Source of the DNA: Octopus sinensis
Lineage: Eukaryota
Reading direction: 5' to 3'
NCBI RefSeq assembly: GCF_006345805.1
Contig: NC_043003.1
Coordinates: 55,800,001-55,864,000, forward strand
Length of the DNA: 64,000 bases
Shown here: positions 25,534 through 38,766 of the stretch, piece by piece
Layout of the letters: each line of letters begins with the position of its first letter
How positions within the stretch are numbered: position 1 is the first letter of the stretch
The notes under the pieces: generated by a model
Database searches by the model: none
Told to the model about the DNA's origin: nothing
What the model saw: only the letters and a program-made list of their open reading frames with translations
Translations under genes and position numbers: made by a program

Positions 25534-25620
25534 AGACGAGTGCCATTGTCATCTAGTGAACCTGTTGAACACACACGAGATGTCGAAATATCGTTCACTA
25601 GATTACAATGGCACACTTCT
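25534..25620. repeat. 87-bp fold-back mini-element with 28-bp imperfect inverted arms; partial copies at 26878-26941 and 27028-27062
   Basis: Left arm AGACGAGTGCCATTGTCATCTAGTGAAC versus the reverse complement of the right arm AGAAGTGTGCCATTGTAATCTAGTGAAC (25/28 match), with a 31-nt loop. Confidence 0.8.
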
Positions 25621-25670
25621 TTTCATTTTGACTCTATATCTTCTGGAGGAGTTACCGCAATCAGTTATAT

Positions 25671-25723
<53 letters not shown>

Positions 25724-25734
25724 TAATAATGGTG

Positions 25735-26650
25735 ACATGACAGAGGGGCAATAAGGCAATCTAAGATAGAATAAAGGCAAAGCTACAGGAGAACGTTAGG
25801 GACGTTATTTGCAACCTTAAAAAAGGTTGATCTGTGGAAATGGAACCAAGAAACGAAAAATGTGAATGAAATTCTGAAATACATATACAAAAACATCATA
25901 GAAACAAATGATTTGATAAAAGCTGTAACTATTACAGTAGCAGTTGTGAGTGTCAATGTCAAGTAAAAGAAATATAATGGGAGCGACAAAAGAAAAAATC
26001 CATGCTAGAAATGAAGAATACAGGCGAGGTCAGATTTGCTCTCGAACGACATTTCTCTTATAGACCGAAAAGAAAAGGAGGAGTTTAAAAGCGAACAAAA
26101 ATACGGGGAACTGAGTAGTAGTAAATAAAATATTGAAAGATAGGGCATGAAAGTGGTAATGGAGGAACTGAAACAGCGCCTCGTTGCAAAGAAAGCAAAG
26201 ACGGTAAGATACGACCAAAGAATAAAGGGTTACCAGTAGGATACGTTATTCCGAGTAGATCAGAAGAGATTCTATAAAGAAATAAATGGAGGGTGTACAG
26301 ATGAAAAGTTGAAACTAGATAACGTTGAAAGTCAAAGGTTTTGGAGTGATATCTGTACCAAAGGCAAGGAGCACAAGAAGTATGATGAATTGTTGCAAGA
26401 ACAGAAACAAACAGTAGTCTGTCCCAAACAGGCAGAACTATGTCATTTCAGTTGCGGAAGGAAACCATCAAAAAATGGGCAACTGACAGGCCCCAGTACC
26501 AAATGGAGTTCAAGAGTACTGGATCAAAAGATTTGATGAATTTCATGTACGAATAGCAGCACAATTCAAAATTAAATGTATGGATGGGCTAGCGATAACG
26601 TCGGGGGAGATTATGAAGCAGATAAAAGACACGGGCTATAAGTACTTAGT
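25735..26650 (+). mobile_element. RLE-LINE (R4/Dong-like) region upstream of the RT, degenerate
   Basis: [43 protein letters not shown]...ESQRFWSDI, followed by a decayed WKAPGPDG-like segment. This is the typical R4-clade pre-RT block. Bounded by (AAT)n on both sides. Confidence 0.75.
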
Positions 26651-26725
26651 GATATTGCAAATAAAATAGTAATAATAATAGTAATAATAATAATAATAAT
26701 AATAGTAATAATAATAATAATAATG

Positions 26726-26759
<34 letters not shown>

Positions 26760-27099
26760 TAATAATAACAATAATGATAATAATAACAACAATAATAATA
26801 ACAACAACAATAACAACATCAACAACAATACTAATGATAATAATGACAATGATAATAATAATAATAATAACAAAAAAAGAAGAGTGCCATTGTCATCAAG
26901 TGAACGATATTTCGACATCTTGTGTGCCTTCCACAGGTTCAAAAAATAAACGTGTTAGTCTATTTCATTTTGGGCAATATTTATAGAATTGAGTTAATTC
27001 TACAAAAGAAATAGAAGCAAAAAAAAAAGAAGAGCGCCATTGTCATCAAATGAACGATATTTGAACATAAGCATACCTCATAATCTTACACCTGGTAAT

Positions 27100-29170
27100 C
27101 CCAACCAATTCACCTGCACAGTAATACCCCCAAAATAACAACCCTAACACTGAGAACCCCTACTAACCTAAATACAGGAAATAACAATTTTTAGACACAG
27201 TAGAGAGATACAGGGACACACCTTAGAATATAACTTACGGGACAAGCGGGAGAAACCAAAAATAATAAATTTATCTAAGAAACCTCTCTCCAAAACAAAA
27301 ATCCATATTTTAGCTAAAGGTTTAAAATTTACACCCACTCCACGTAGACCCAACTCCAATAAAATTAAAGATAGTATTGCAGAATTCTGTGGAAAACTTC
27401 GATTGACAGAAACACTAACCAACTACAACAACGATGACAAATCACTAGTGAAAAACAAAAGTAATTATCTACCACCCAAAGGGAGGAATGTTTCCCGTAC
27501 TGTCTATAAACCAAATACTTACCTAACTTTAGCAACCTACAATGGAAGTACCTACTACAGCTAAAAATCGACGAAGACCTGACAATCAAGGAAGCAAACA
27601 AAGGTGGTGCTCTAGTCTTGATGGACACAGAATACTGTAAAAACCTAGCATTATCCATACTGGAAAATGACGCCTTATATGAAAAAGTTGCAAATTATAG
27701 GCAAGAAAAAAACACTGAAAGATCTTGCGGCTTTAATACTTAAACATGGAAAGGCCTCATAGAAAATGAAAAAGACTATATCACAAACTTTAAATGCCAA
27801 CCAAGCCTTTTCTGTGGCCTTCCTAAAATCCACAAGAGTCAAAGAGTTACAAATGCCTGCAAATCAAATCCAGGTCTATACATAAATATCTCAAAACCAG
27901 AAAACCTAATCCTAAGGCCTATTATAGCGGGCCCAGGCTGTGAAACACGCTGCCTAAGCAACCTTCAGGACATACTATTGAAACCTTTCCTCAGATACAT
28001 TAAAATTTTCATTAGAGACAATCTGAACATACTAGCGCATCTACGAAAAACCATCAACGAAGAAGTACTATTGGTTTCCTTCGATATCATCAACCTCTAC
28101 ACTAACATTCCACATGACTATGGGAACAGAGGCATTAAAATTCTGTTTAGAAAAATACCCCGAAGTTATCCCGAACCGCATAAACTAGACCTTTGCCATT
28201 GAAACCCTGAAGTTCATCCTATAAAAACATTTGCTTCTTATTCGATACAACATACTACCACCAAAAGTGTGGTATTGCGATAGGAACAGTAGCAGCGTCT
28301 GTCCTTCCGAACCTAATAATGAGTTTCTTTGAATCTACCCTATATGAAATTTCGCTCCAAAGATTTGGACACCCATTCCATAGTATATAAGAGAAAATTG
28401 GAAAAGGTACCCAAACGATTGTTTTATCAGATGGAATGAAACCTTTCATAAACTCCTGGATTTCAAATCCAAACTGAACTATATAAACACCAATATTCAA
28501 TTTACAATGGAATATAGCAAGGAACAGTCCCCATTTCTGGACAATTTGATTATAAAAAAATCCAACAACAAAATTGCAAATAACATCTACTACAAACCAA
28601 CAGACTCGAAACGGTATGTCCTTTTCAGTTCATGTCATCCTAAACACACCAAATTAATTATCCCATTCAATGTAGCTAAAAGGATCTGCGCAATTGTATC
28701 TGACACAGCCACTCGGGAACTTCACCTACAAGATCTCAAAATATTACTCATTGAACGTCAATACCTATCCGCACTTATAGGCCTCAATACGGGAAGATAG
28801 CCCTGAGCGAACATATCGACAGATGCACAAGAAAAAAAACATAATTTCCACATCTTTCCGTTATACCAATGCCAAGTTTCAATCTCCTTACAAGAACGCC
28901 TAAACAAGGAAAATCTATTCATACAAAAGTTCAAGCCACACCCTAATATACATACCTGACCACTTCAGTAATTATACTGAGGTGTTAGTTGTCCCACTTG
29001 CCTCTTGTTACCTCCCTTGGCCCACTCACTAGACTCATTCATATTTTTCAAGCATCTAAAAGGGCGAGACCCCTTTGTCACACGAACTGTTTACTTCACA
29101 ATGTCCCCTGTAAAGCTAATTTAAATATCGAAAACCGGTTGGATATCACTACTTCCATAAAATATGTATA
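27100..29170 (+). mobile_element. Penelope-like element (Neptune-type), frameshifted, with an internal deletion of the linker and N-half of GIY-YIG
   Basis: IINLSKK...LAKGLKFTPTP; LRPIIAGPGCET; LVSFDIINLYTNIPH; QKCGIAIGT; WKRYPNDCF (decayed YxDD); PFLD; YYKPTD; HPKHTKLIIPF. It then jumps near 28800 to LSEHIDRC...ERLNKENLFIQKFKP. Clearly homologous to 41.2-44.9 kb. Confidence 0.9.
29105..29143 (+). ncRNA. Degenerate hammerhead-like motif in the PLE 3' UTR/pLTR (family C)
   Basis: CCC-CTGTAAA-GCTA-ATTTAAA-TATC-GAAA-ACCGGT-T-GG has a palindromic stem III (ACCGGT) and sits where HHRs are expected in a PLE. The CUGANGA core is mutated. Confidence 0.45.
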
Positions 29171-29265
29171 TATTTTTTAAAAATTCTTTATAAAAAAATA
29201 TTAAACTATATGAAACGAAAGCATTTATTTACCACTTTTTATATATATTTTCCATATATTTACAA

Positions 29266-29299
<34 letters not shown>

Positions 29300-29494
29300 A
29301 TATATATATATATGTAAATATATATATATATATGTAAATATATATATATATTATATATATATATATATGTGTGTAATATATATATATATATGTAAATATA
29401 TATATATATATATATATATACGTAAATATATATGTATGTACATATATATATATGTACATATATATGTTTGTATGTGTGCATGTGTGTGACTTTA

Positions 29495-29693
29495 TGTCTG
29501 TGTTTGTCTCATATCTCTACTTGACGACCGGTGTTGGTGTGTTTCTATTCCGGCAACTTTGTGCTACGTCGAGTTAGACCGATCGGATGAGTATCGGGGT
29601 TTAAAAAATTGTGCTGATGTCGATTATTTCAGTAAAGATTCTAGAAGGCGGTGCCCCAGCATGGCCGCTGTCTAATGACTGAAACAAGAAAGA
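29495..29693 (+). mobile_element. SINE S2 3' half
   Basis: Ends GAAGGCGGTGCCCCAGCATGGCCGCTGTCTAATGACTGAAACAAG. Confidence 0.75.
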
Positions 29694-29812
29694 AGGTATT
29701 TTTAAAATCCTCTCACATTAGTAAGCCCGTTTAAGTGACCATACTCTTCATCTTATTCAAGAAGGAGGAGAAGAAGAAGAAGATGATGATGGTGATGATG
29801 ATGATGATGATA

Positions 29813-29843
<31 letters not shown>

Positions 29844-30499
29844 GGAGGAGGAGGAGGAGGAGGAGGAGGATGAAAAAGAAGAAGATTAACAGCAACAGAA
29901 ACAGCAACATTTATATCAATAGCGAATACTAGTTGTGATGGCACTACCACCACCAAAACAGTAAAATTCCACTTTAAAATTTAATGATGTAAGATTATAT
30001 TTTTAAATGGCAGATATTGTTAACATTTTAAACGAGAATTCTCTTCTATGGAAGAAACGCAATTGTTCTGTCTATATGTTACAGCTTTTTACTTACAATT
30101 TGTTTCAATATCAAGGAAAATAGTTGTCCATATAAAGGGAAGAAATTGTAACAATTAATTCCTTATGAATGGTTTCCAACTCAATATATCGTGTTAACAT
30201 ATTTCATATAACAATATACACTGTTCCTTTAAAAGTTTTACGTCCATTATTTTATTGCACTTATGTGAAAGAGAAATATACAGCTGACAATTGAAAACAC
30301 AGGCTTACAAGTTTATAATGGTTTGAATGATAATTGATAAATTAAGAGATTTGACATTTTCTCTCTCTTGTCTGTTTCTTTGATATCATCGAGGATTTAC
30401 TAAAATATATTCAAATGTAAATTATAAATAAAATAAAAGTTTTTGAAAAATATAACAGAATGTTAAAAATCCTTTCCAGTATACGCACAATGCCTGGAA

Positions 30500-30685
30500 T
30501 TTCATGTGACCGGGTTTAGCAGATTAGCTCAGCCCCCTGCGATGAAGTGGTACCCTTTCTTCTGGCGCCGAAAAGGTTATGGTAAATTCGTCCATGGTGG
30601 TTTATCAGCTGACACTGCAAAGTCGGACTAAATAAAGCTAGGTACTTTGTTTGTCAAGCTAACGATTCTACCAGCCTGCCGGCTT
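30500..30685 (-). mobile_element. Diverged SINE S1-related copy
   Basis: Head reverse complement CTAACGATTCTACCAGCCTGCC at the right end; body GTGGTACCCTTT...CCGAAAAGG. Confidence 0.55.
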
Positions 30686-30956
30686 TTAACTAGGGACCAG
30701 CTCTACATTACAAGGTAATGTAGACTGGAAAACACATTAGTTTATGTAAGGTGTACCTAATTTAGAGAATCTATGGATGGTGCACAAATAGAACACACAG
30801 AGCAAAGTCCTTAATAAGGATGAATTTAGAAAACGGGCTATTATGATGGGGATTCTCTTTATTAATCATTGAAACGTTTGCATGTACAAAATATAGAGTC
30901 ACCACACAAATGTATGCTGATTGCATTCAAACTTGCCCAAATTACAGAGTGCACGA

Positions 30957-31265
30957 AGGAGGGGTTTTCTAGAATCGTTAGCAAGCCGAGTAAAATGTTG
31001 AGCCACATGTCGCCTGTCTGTACGTTTTGTGATCAGATTCCGCCGAGGCCGACTTTAGCATTTCTTCGTTTCAGGCTCGATAATGAGTACTGATGTTGGT
31101 GTAATCGACTAGTCCTCTCACCCCGAAACTGTTAGTCTTGTGCCAAAATAGAAACCAAATTACAAAGAACAAGGAGGCAGCGATACGGCTGGATCGTTAG
31201 CACACCGGACAAACTACTTCGCGATATTTCGCCCAATTTTATGTTCTGAGCGCAAATTTCAATTT
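30957..31265 (+). mobile_element. Diverged SINE S1-related copy plus a second head fragment
   Basis: CTAGAATCGTTAGCAAGCCG...CCGCCGAGGCCGACTTT...GTAATCGACTAGTCC; second head GGATCGTTAGCACACCGGAC at ~31190. Confidence 0.6.
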
Positions 31266-31615
31266 CAAACAATTCCGGGTCAATAAAATAAATTCTAGTT
31301 CAACACTAGGTTAAATGTAATCGAGTTAACCAGAAATAACCGGCCTTATGCTAACATTTCAAATCAAATTACAGAATACAATTTTAGTTCTCGTTTACAG
31401 GAAATAACGGGTTTTACGGTAATAGTTCTACTCAAAAACTATTGGCCTATGCACAGCAACAATAAAAAAAAATGATTTCGCTATTCTAAAACACAATTCT
31501 CTTGTGGAAAAATAAGTTAGAGTGGTCACTGGCATGTGTTTGAATAACCAGGACATTATATCTACGAGGAAAATGTATGATTTATCAATTTCAATAAACC
31601 AAGAGTGCATCTTAC

Positions 31616-31652
<37 letters not shown>

Positions 31653-31722
31653 ATATCTATCTATAAATATATATATATATATATGTATGTGTATATATAT
31701 ATATTATATATATATATATATA

Positions 31723-31755
<33 letters not shown>

Positions 31756-31908
31756 ATGCATGTTTGTATGCATAAATATCAAATTAAATACACAACCGAA
31801 AGAACTAGCAATAGTTTCATATGATACTTCAAAAGCATATTTATAAGGTACATCTTGTATCTTAAAGCAATTTTCCAGGCTCCGTTTATGCATTATATAC
31901 ATACATAT

Positions 31909-31987
<79 letters not shown>

Positions 31988-32042
31988 TGTATGTATGTAT
32001 GTATGTAAGTATGTATGTACTTATGTGTATATATATATATAT

Positions 32043-32191
<149 letters not shown>

Positions 32192-33133
32192 TATATATAA
32201 TAAATAAATACACATACACAAACGCACACATGTACACACATACTGTCACACATCTATTCATTATGTACTCAGAAGCAGCATAATGCATACATAGATCCAT
32301 TCATACAAACGTGCACATTATAAATAAACATTCGAATCAAATAACACACTGTTTGCGGTGGACACATCCAAGAACCCAGGAACGAAGAGTATTAATTGAA
32401 ATTTGAATAAGAAGGAGACAAACACAATGACTGTATGTCTCAATGAATAAAATCATAGAAATATTCCGACAGGGAAATATGCGAAAGCAGAATGGAGCCG
32501 TGGGTTGAACAACATTTTCAAGGGTAATGGAAAAGAGAAAACGTGAAATATTTCTCAATAAGGCTTGAGAATCAAAGTCTTTTATAAGATTATTCTAAGT
32601 AATCTTCACTACATTCCCAGAGGAAGTTATTATATTTAATCTCGAAATATTTAAGGTAGGTGTTGGTAGATCAGTAACACCTAAATATTAAATCTCATAG
32701 AATATCCGTATCATGCACTTTTCTATAAAAATCTTAAGGAGAGAATTTTGTGATCAACAAACAATCTTACGGCAGATTACTCCCTTAAAACATTTTACAT
32801 TCAGTTCATAGATGGTATTTATTAGAATAGCTAACTGCTGTTATGATAGACAATGTCTCTCCAGTTCCATAGATACAAAGATATTCATCCACTTACGACA
32901 TCCATAAATATTAAGAATGCTGACATCAAACACAAACATAGATGTAGGTAGGCGTATGAGTAGATGTGTAGGAATCAGTCGTAGGTGTGCAGTTCCCAGT
33001 TCGCTTTGATATAAAAAGACACAAACCAAACTTACACACGCACGATTATAGGTTTATTCACATGTTAATCTATATCTATCTATCTATCTATCAATTTATC
33101 TATCTATCTATCAATCTACCTATCTATCTATCT

Positions 33134-33506
33134 GGAGTGGCTGTGTGGTAAGTAGCTTGCTAACCAACCACATGGTTCCGGGTTCAGTCCCACTGCGTGG
33201 CATCTTGGGCAGGTGTCTTCTGCTATAGCCCCGGGCCGACCAATGCCTTGTGAGTGGATTTGGTAGACGGAAACTGAAAGAAGCCTTATGCATGTATGTG
33301 TGTGTTTGTGTGTCTGTGTTTGTCCCCCTGGCATTACTTGACAACCGATGCTAGTGTGTTTACGTCCCCGTCACTTAGCGGTTCGGCAAAAGAGACTGAT
33401 AGAATAAGTACTGGGCTTGAAAAGAATAAGTCCCGGGGTCGATTTTCTCGATTAAAGGCGGTGCTCCAGCATGGCCGCAGTCAAATGACTGAAACAAGTA
33501 AAAGAG
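33134..33506 (+). mobile_element. tRNA-derived SINE S2, full length and young-looking
   Basis: Head GGAGTGGCTGTGTGGTAAG...GGTTCCGGGTTCAGTCCC (A/B boxes), internal (TG)n, tail GGCGGTGCTCCAGCATGGCCGCAGTCAAATGACTGAAACAAGTAAAAGAG. Confidence 0.85.
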
Positions 33507-33523
33507 AAAAAAGAGAGATCTAC

Positions 33524-33597
<74 letters not shown>

Positions 33598-33983
33598 GTC
33601 AGTCTGTCTGTATGTTTGTCTGTCTGTCTATATATTCATATATATATCAATACATATGAGAGGGATAACCGCTATGTGGACAACCCTTATGCTAGAAGTA
33701 GATCCGCTATGGTCTTACCACTAAGAAATGGTCTCAAGAAAAATGGTTTGCTAAATTTACTTGAGAACATTTCTAATGGAACATTCCATAAGGGATCTAC
33801 TTCTAGCATAAGGGTTGTCTACATAGTGGTCATCTCTCTCATATGTATGTAATACAATTTACTGAACCTTCAGATTTCAATATGCTAGACAACTGGTTTT
33901 AAATTGATGTTAATCAAATTAATATCTAATTTTTCACCCTATAATATATATATATAGATATATATATATATATATTATATATA

Positions 33984-34037
<54 letters not shown>

Positions 34038-34972
34038 ATAAATAAATACACATACACAAACGCACACATGTACACACATACTGTCACACATCTATTCATT
34101 ATGTACTCAGAAGCAGCATAATGCATACATAGATCCATTCATACAAACGTGCACATTATAAATAAACATTCGAATCAAATAACACACTGTTTGCGGTGGA
34201 CACATCCAAGAACCCAGGAACGAAGAGTATTAATTGAAATTTGAATAAGAAGGAGACAAACACAATGACTGTATGTCTCAATGAATAAAATCATAGAAAT
34301 ATTCCGACAGGGAAATATGCGAAAGCAGAATGGAGCCGTGGGTTGAACAACATTTTCAAGGGTAATGGAAAAGAGAAAACGTGAAATATTTCTCAATAAG
34401 GCTTGAGAATCAAAGTCTTTTATAAGATTATTCTAAGTAATCTTCACTACATTCCCAGAGGAAGTTATTATATTTAATCTCGAAATATTTAAGGTAGGTG
34501 TTGGTAGATCAGTAACACCTAAATATTAAATCTCATAGAATATCCGTATCATGCACTTTTCTATAAAAATCTTAAGGAGAGAATTTTGTGATCAACAAAC
34601 AATCTTACGGCAGATTACTCCCTTAAAACATTTTACATTCAGTTCATAGATGGTATTTATTAGAATAGCTAACTGCTGTTATGATAGACAATGTCTCTCC
34701 AGTTCCATAGATACAAAGATATTCATCCACTTACGACATCCATAAATATTAAGATGCTGACATCAAACACAAACATAGATGTAGGTAGGCGTATGAGTAG
34801 ATGTGTAGGAATCAGTCGTAGGTGTGCAGTTCCCAGTTCGCTTTGATATAAAAAGACACAAACCAAACTTACACACGCACGATTATAGGTTTATTCACAT
34901 GTTAATCTATCTATCTATCTATCTATCAATTTATCTATCTATCTATCTATCAATCTACCTATCTATCGATCT

Positions 34973-35345
34973 GGAGTGGCTGTGTGGTAAGTAGCTTGCT
35001 AACCAACCACATGGTTCCGGGTTCAGTCCCACTGCGTGGCATCTTGGGCAGGTGTCTTCTGCTATAGCCCCGGGCCGACCAATGCCTTGTGAGTGGATTG
35101 GTAGACGGAAACTGAAAGAAGCCTTATGCATGTATGTGTGTGTTTGTGTGTCTGTGTTGTCCCCCTGGCATTACTTGACAACCGATGCTAGTGTGTTTAC
35201 GTCCCCGTCACTTAGCGGTTCGGCAAAAGAGACTGATAGAATAAGTACTGGGCTTGAAAAGAATAAGTCCCGGGGTCGATTTTCTCGATTAAAGGCGGTG
35301 CTCCAGCATGGCCGCAGTCAAATGACTGAAACAAGTAAAAGAGAA
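34973..35345 (+). mobile_element. SINE S2, duplicate of 33134-33506 inside the tandem duplication
   Basis: Nearly identical sequence at the same position in the duplicated unit. Confidence 0.85.
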
Positions 35346-35360
35346 AAAAGAGAGATCTAC

Positions 35361-35458
<98 letters not shown>

Positions 35459-36037
35459 GTCAGTCTGTCTGTATGTTTGTCTGTCTGTCTATAAATTCAT
35501 ATATATATCAATACATATGAGAGGGATAACCGCTATGTGGACAACCCTTATGCTAGAAGTAGATCCGCTATGGTCTTACCACTAAGAAATGGTCTCAAGA
35601 AAAATGGTTTGCTAAATTTACTTGAGAACATTTCTAATGGAACATTCCATAAGGGATCTACTTCTAGCATAAGGGTTGTCTACATAGTGGTCATCTCTCT
35701 CATATGTATGTAATACAATTTACTGAACCTTCAGATTTCAATATGCTAGACAACTGGTTTTAAATTGATGTTAATCAAATTAATATCTAATTTTTCACCC
35801 TATAATATATATATATATATATATACAGAGAGAGAGAGAGAGAGAGAGAGACCAGGTAGATAGATAGATATCCCTACACACTCACATGCACACACACTCA
35901 CAGACAAACACACATACACATACTCTATCTCTTAGTTATGTGTGTCGGGTACACTCGAACTGGATAAGTTCTTACGCTACTTCCCGCATAGGATCTTCAG
36001 GCAAGTTACAATTGAAAAATGATGGAATTTGCACACG

Positions 36038-36093
<56 letters not shown>

Positions 36094-36659
36094 CTATCTA
36101 TTTATCTATGTATATACAGTTCGCGTCATAGAGGGCGTAGGTGGAAAGACAGTATGATAAAGGCGAAAAAAAAAAAGAAACGAAAGGAAGAAAAAGGATA
36201 GAGGAAAAAAGAAAGGAAAGTAAGAAAAAAGAAAGGAAAGTAAAAAAAGAAGAAAAAAGAGAAGAAATGGAGACAGTCGGAACACTACTATTCAAAGAAT
36301 TTTTGTGCTCGGAATCAACTTGGCACTAAACAGTAACAAGCACATCTAATGAAACATGAATTCGTTTGAAATACACATTGTAACATGAATACCGAGAGAG
36401 GAAATATTTCAGCGTATGAAGTCTTCATTCAACCCTCGCTGTCCGCTTCTGCCGAAGCATACAGGCCGAGGGAACCATTTCTTTAGCCGTCATCAAAAGA
36501 TCGAGGTTGCGATATTACTACGTAGATTCTGTTGTTTCCGATTGAAGTGAAGGCATCTCTGATTTATGGTTTACCGTTTACTTGTTTTCACACATTAACC
36601 GAATGAATTGATATCGGCGCTTTTTTTTATCGTTTTTTTTTTTTTCTGAAAGCATAGTA

Positions 36660-36775
36660 CTAATTCTATCGGACCAATTTGCCGAACCGCTAATTGACGG
36701 GTTTCGTAAACACATCAACACCATTTGTTAAGGGGCGGTGGTGGGGAGATTTCAAACACAGGCACAAAGCACGCA
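36660..36775 (-). mobile_element. SINE S2 internal fragment
   Basis: TTCTATCGG...TTTGCCGAACCGCTAA...GTAAACAC is the reverse complement of the S2 body. Confidence 0.65.
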
Positions 36776-36827
36776 TCTTATATACACACATGTACGTATA
36801 TACATACATGCATACGTAAATGCATAC

Positions 36828-36930
36828 ATACATACATATATGCATACATACATATATGCATACATACATATATGCATACATACATATATGCATACATACA
36901 TATATGCATACATACATATATGCATACATA
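36828..36930. repeat. 16-bp minisatellite (ATATGCATACATACAT) x~6
   Basis: Read directly. Confidence 0.85.
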
Positions 36931-38287
36931 CGTACATATATACATATATACGTATGTACACATAAATATGTTTCTATACATTTATACGAGCCATCGCAAA
37001 CTATTGTGTTTAACACTAAATTTCTCTCTCAAGTTTTATCTCGCTTAATCGCCTCCTTTCTCTCATTTAAGACCTTTCTTACACATTATCTGTTTATGCA
37101 TCTCTCCCGTTCGTCCTTTATTGCTTTCTTGCTTTCCAAACTATTCTGTCTTTCTGTCTGTTTTTCTCTCTGTCAGTCTCTGTCTGTCTGTCTCTCTGAT
37201 TTCCATTCTAACGCTTTACTTCTTTCTAATTTGCTGTTATATTCTCGTGTTTTCTTTGCCCTCCCTCTTTTATCCCGCTTTGTCTTAGAATCTCTCTCTC
37301 ACTCTCACTCACTCTCACTCTCTCAGTTTTTAGAGATCTCTTTGGTCACATAATCTTTCTTGAACCATTCCCCTCTTAGAATCCGTATATCTCCGCCTCT
37401 CTATTTAACTCTACACTTTTCTGACACCCTATTTCTCACTCTCTCGATATCACTGTTTCATTAACAATCTCACTTTCACTCTTATATTCCATGTTCCATC
37501 TCTTTTCTCTCTGGCCATTTCTCTGTCTCTCTCTCATACACATGCACTCTCTCTCTCTCTCTCACACACACACACTCTGTCTCTCTCTCTACCTGTCTGT
37601 CTGTGTGTGAGTCTCTTTGTCAGTATCATCTTCATTGCGGTTCAAAACCAAATAAAGTGCAGAATACTCTCAGACAGGCAATTAGTTTCCCAGCTAATCG
37701 TTACCATCTGCCTACTATGTAGATTTGGCCTTTGACAAAGCATTTAGCACAGGTCAAGTTTAGATAATAGTCTCTGGATTTCTAAAGCTGAAGAAGCGCG
37801 GATATTTCCGAAAGGTAAATCACCTTATCGATTCGCGTTGAAATTTGGATAAGCAGATGAAAGTAGATATAACACTTAATTTCGGCCAACGTGTTGTTTT
37901 CACCTTTTCACCTAAATATTTAAAAATAGAACTTTTAGAGATTGCACTAAATTGGAGTAGAAGAGAGTGTGAAGTATGTGTTAACACAAAGAATTCTAAG
38001 CCATGAGATAAATGGTCAGAGAAAAAAAAAAGATAATACTGAAAGAGGGAAGCGGTTGAAAATGAGAGGGGCGGTCACACAGACAGAGAGGCAGTCAGAT
38101 ACGGAACTGGTGTCTAAGGATATAGAAGGCATAATGTGATTAGAGTGAAAGACAGATAAAATGTGGAGGCTATATTTAAACTGTCTCACCTATCTCTACG
38201 TGTATTTAAGTACGTTATACACACAGGCACATACACACAAAAAACATGCACACATACACACAAACAAACACACACGCACACACGCGT

Positions 38288-38318
<31 letters not shown>

Positions 38319-38502
38319 GAGAGAAAGTGAGAGAGGGAGAGATAGATAGAAACACAAAGATCGAAACGGAGAGTCAAGGAGATAAAAGACGGATAGATAT
38401 AGATAGATAGATAGATAGATAGATACATACATACATACAGACATACATACATACATACATACATACATACATACATACATACATACATACATACATAACT
38501 AA

Positions 38503-38536
<34 letters not shown>

Positions 38537-38621
38537 GGTTGAAACTTAACACACAAGTTGATATATATGGAAAAATATCAAGGCATTTTCTACCTTGACG
38601 CTTTTCCATATATATATATAC

Positions 38622-38684
<63 letters not shown>

Positions 38685-38727
38685 TATATATATATGGGGA
38701 GAGAGAGAGGGGGAGAGAGAAAGAAAG

Positions 38728-38766
<39 letters not shown>

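Noticed and set aside
25534-25620. Hairpin contains AATGGCAC, the miR-263/183/96-family seed
   Set aside because: The motif lies at the base of the 3' arm in the wrong order relative to TTCAC, unlike miR-263 precursors, so it is probably coincidental. The hairpin itself is kept as a finding.
32337-32558. Hydrophobic 73-aa ORF (duplicated at 34175-34396) as a membrane-protein exon
   Set aside because: No recognisable family motif or convincing splice sites. Its repetition is explained by the tandem duplication.
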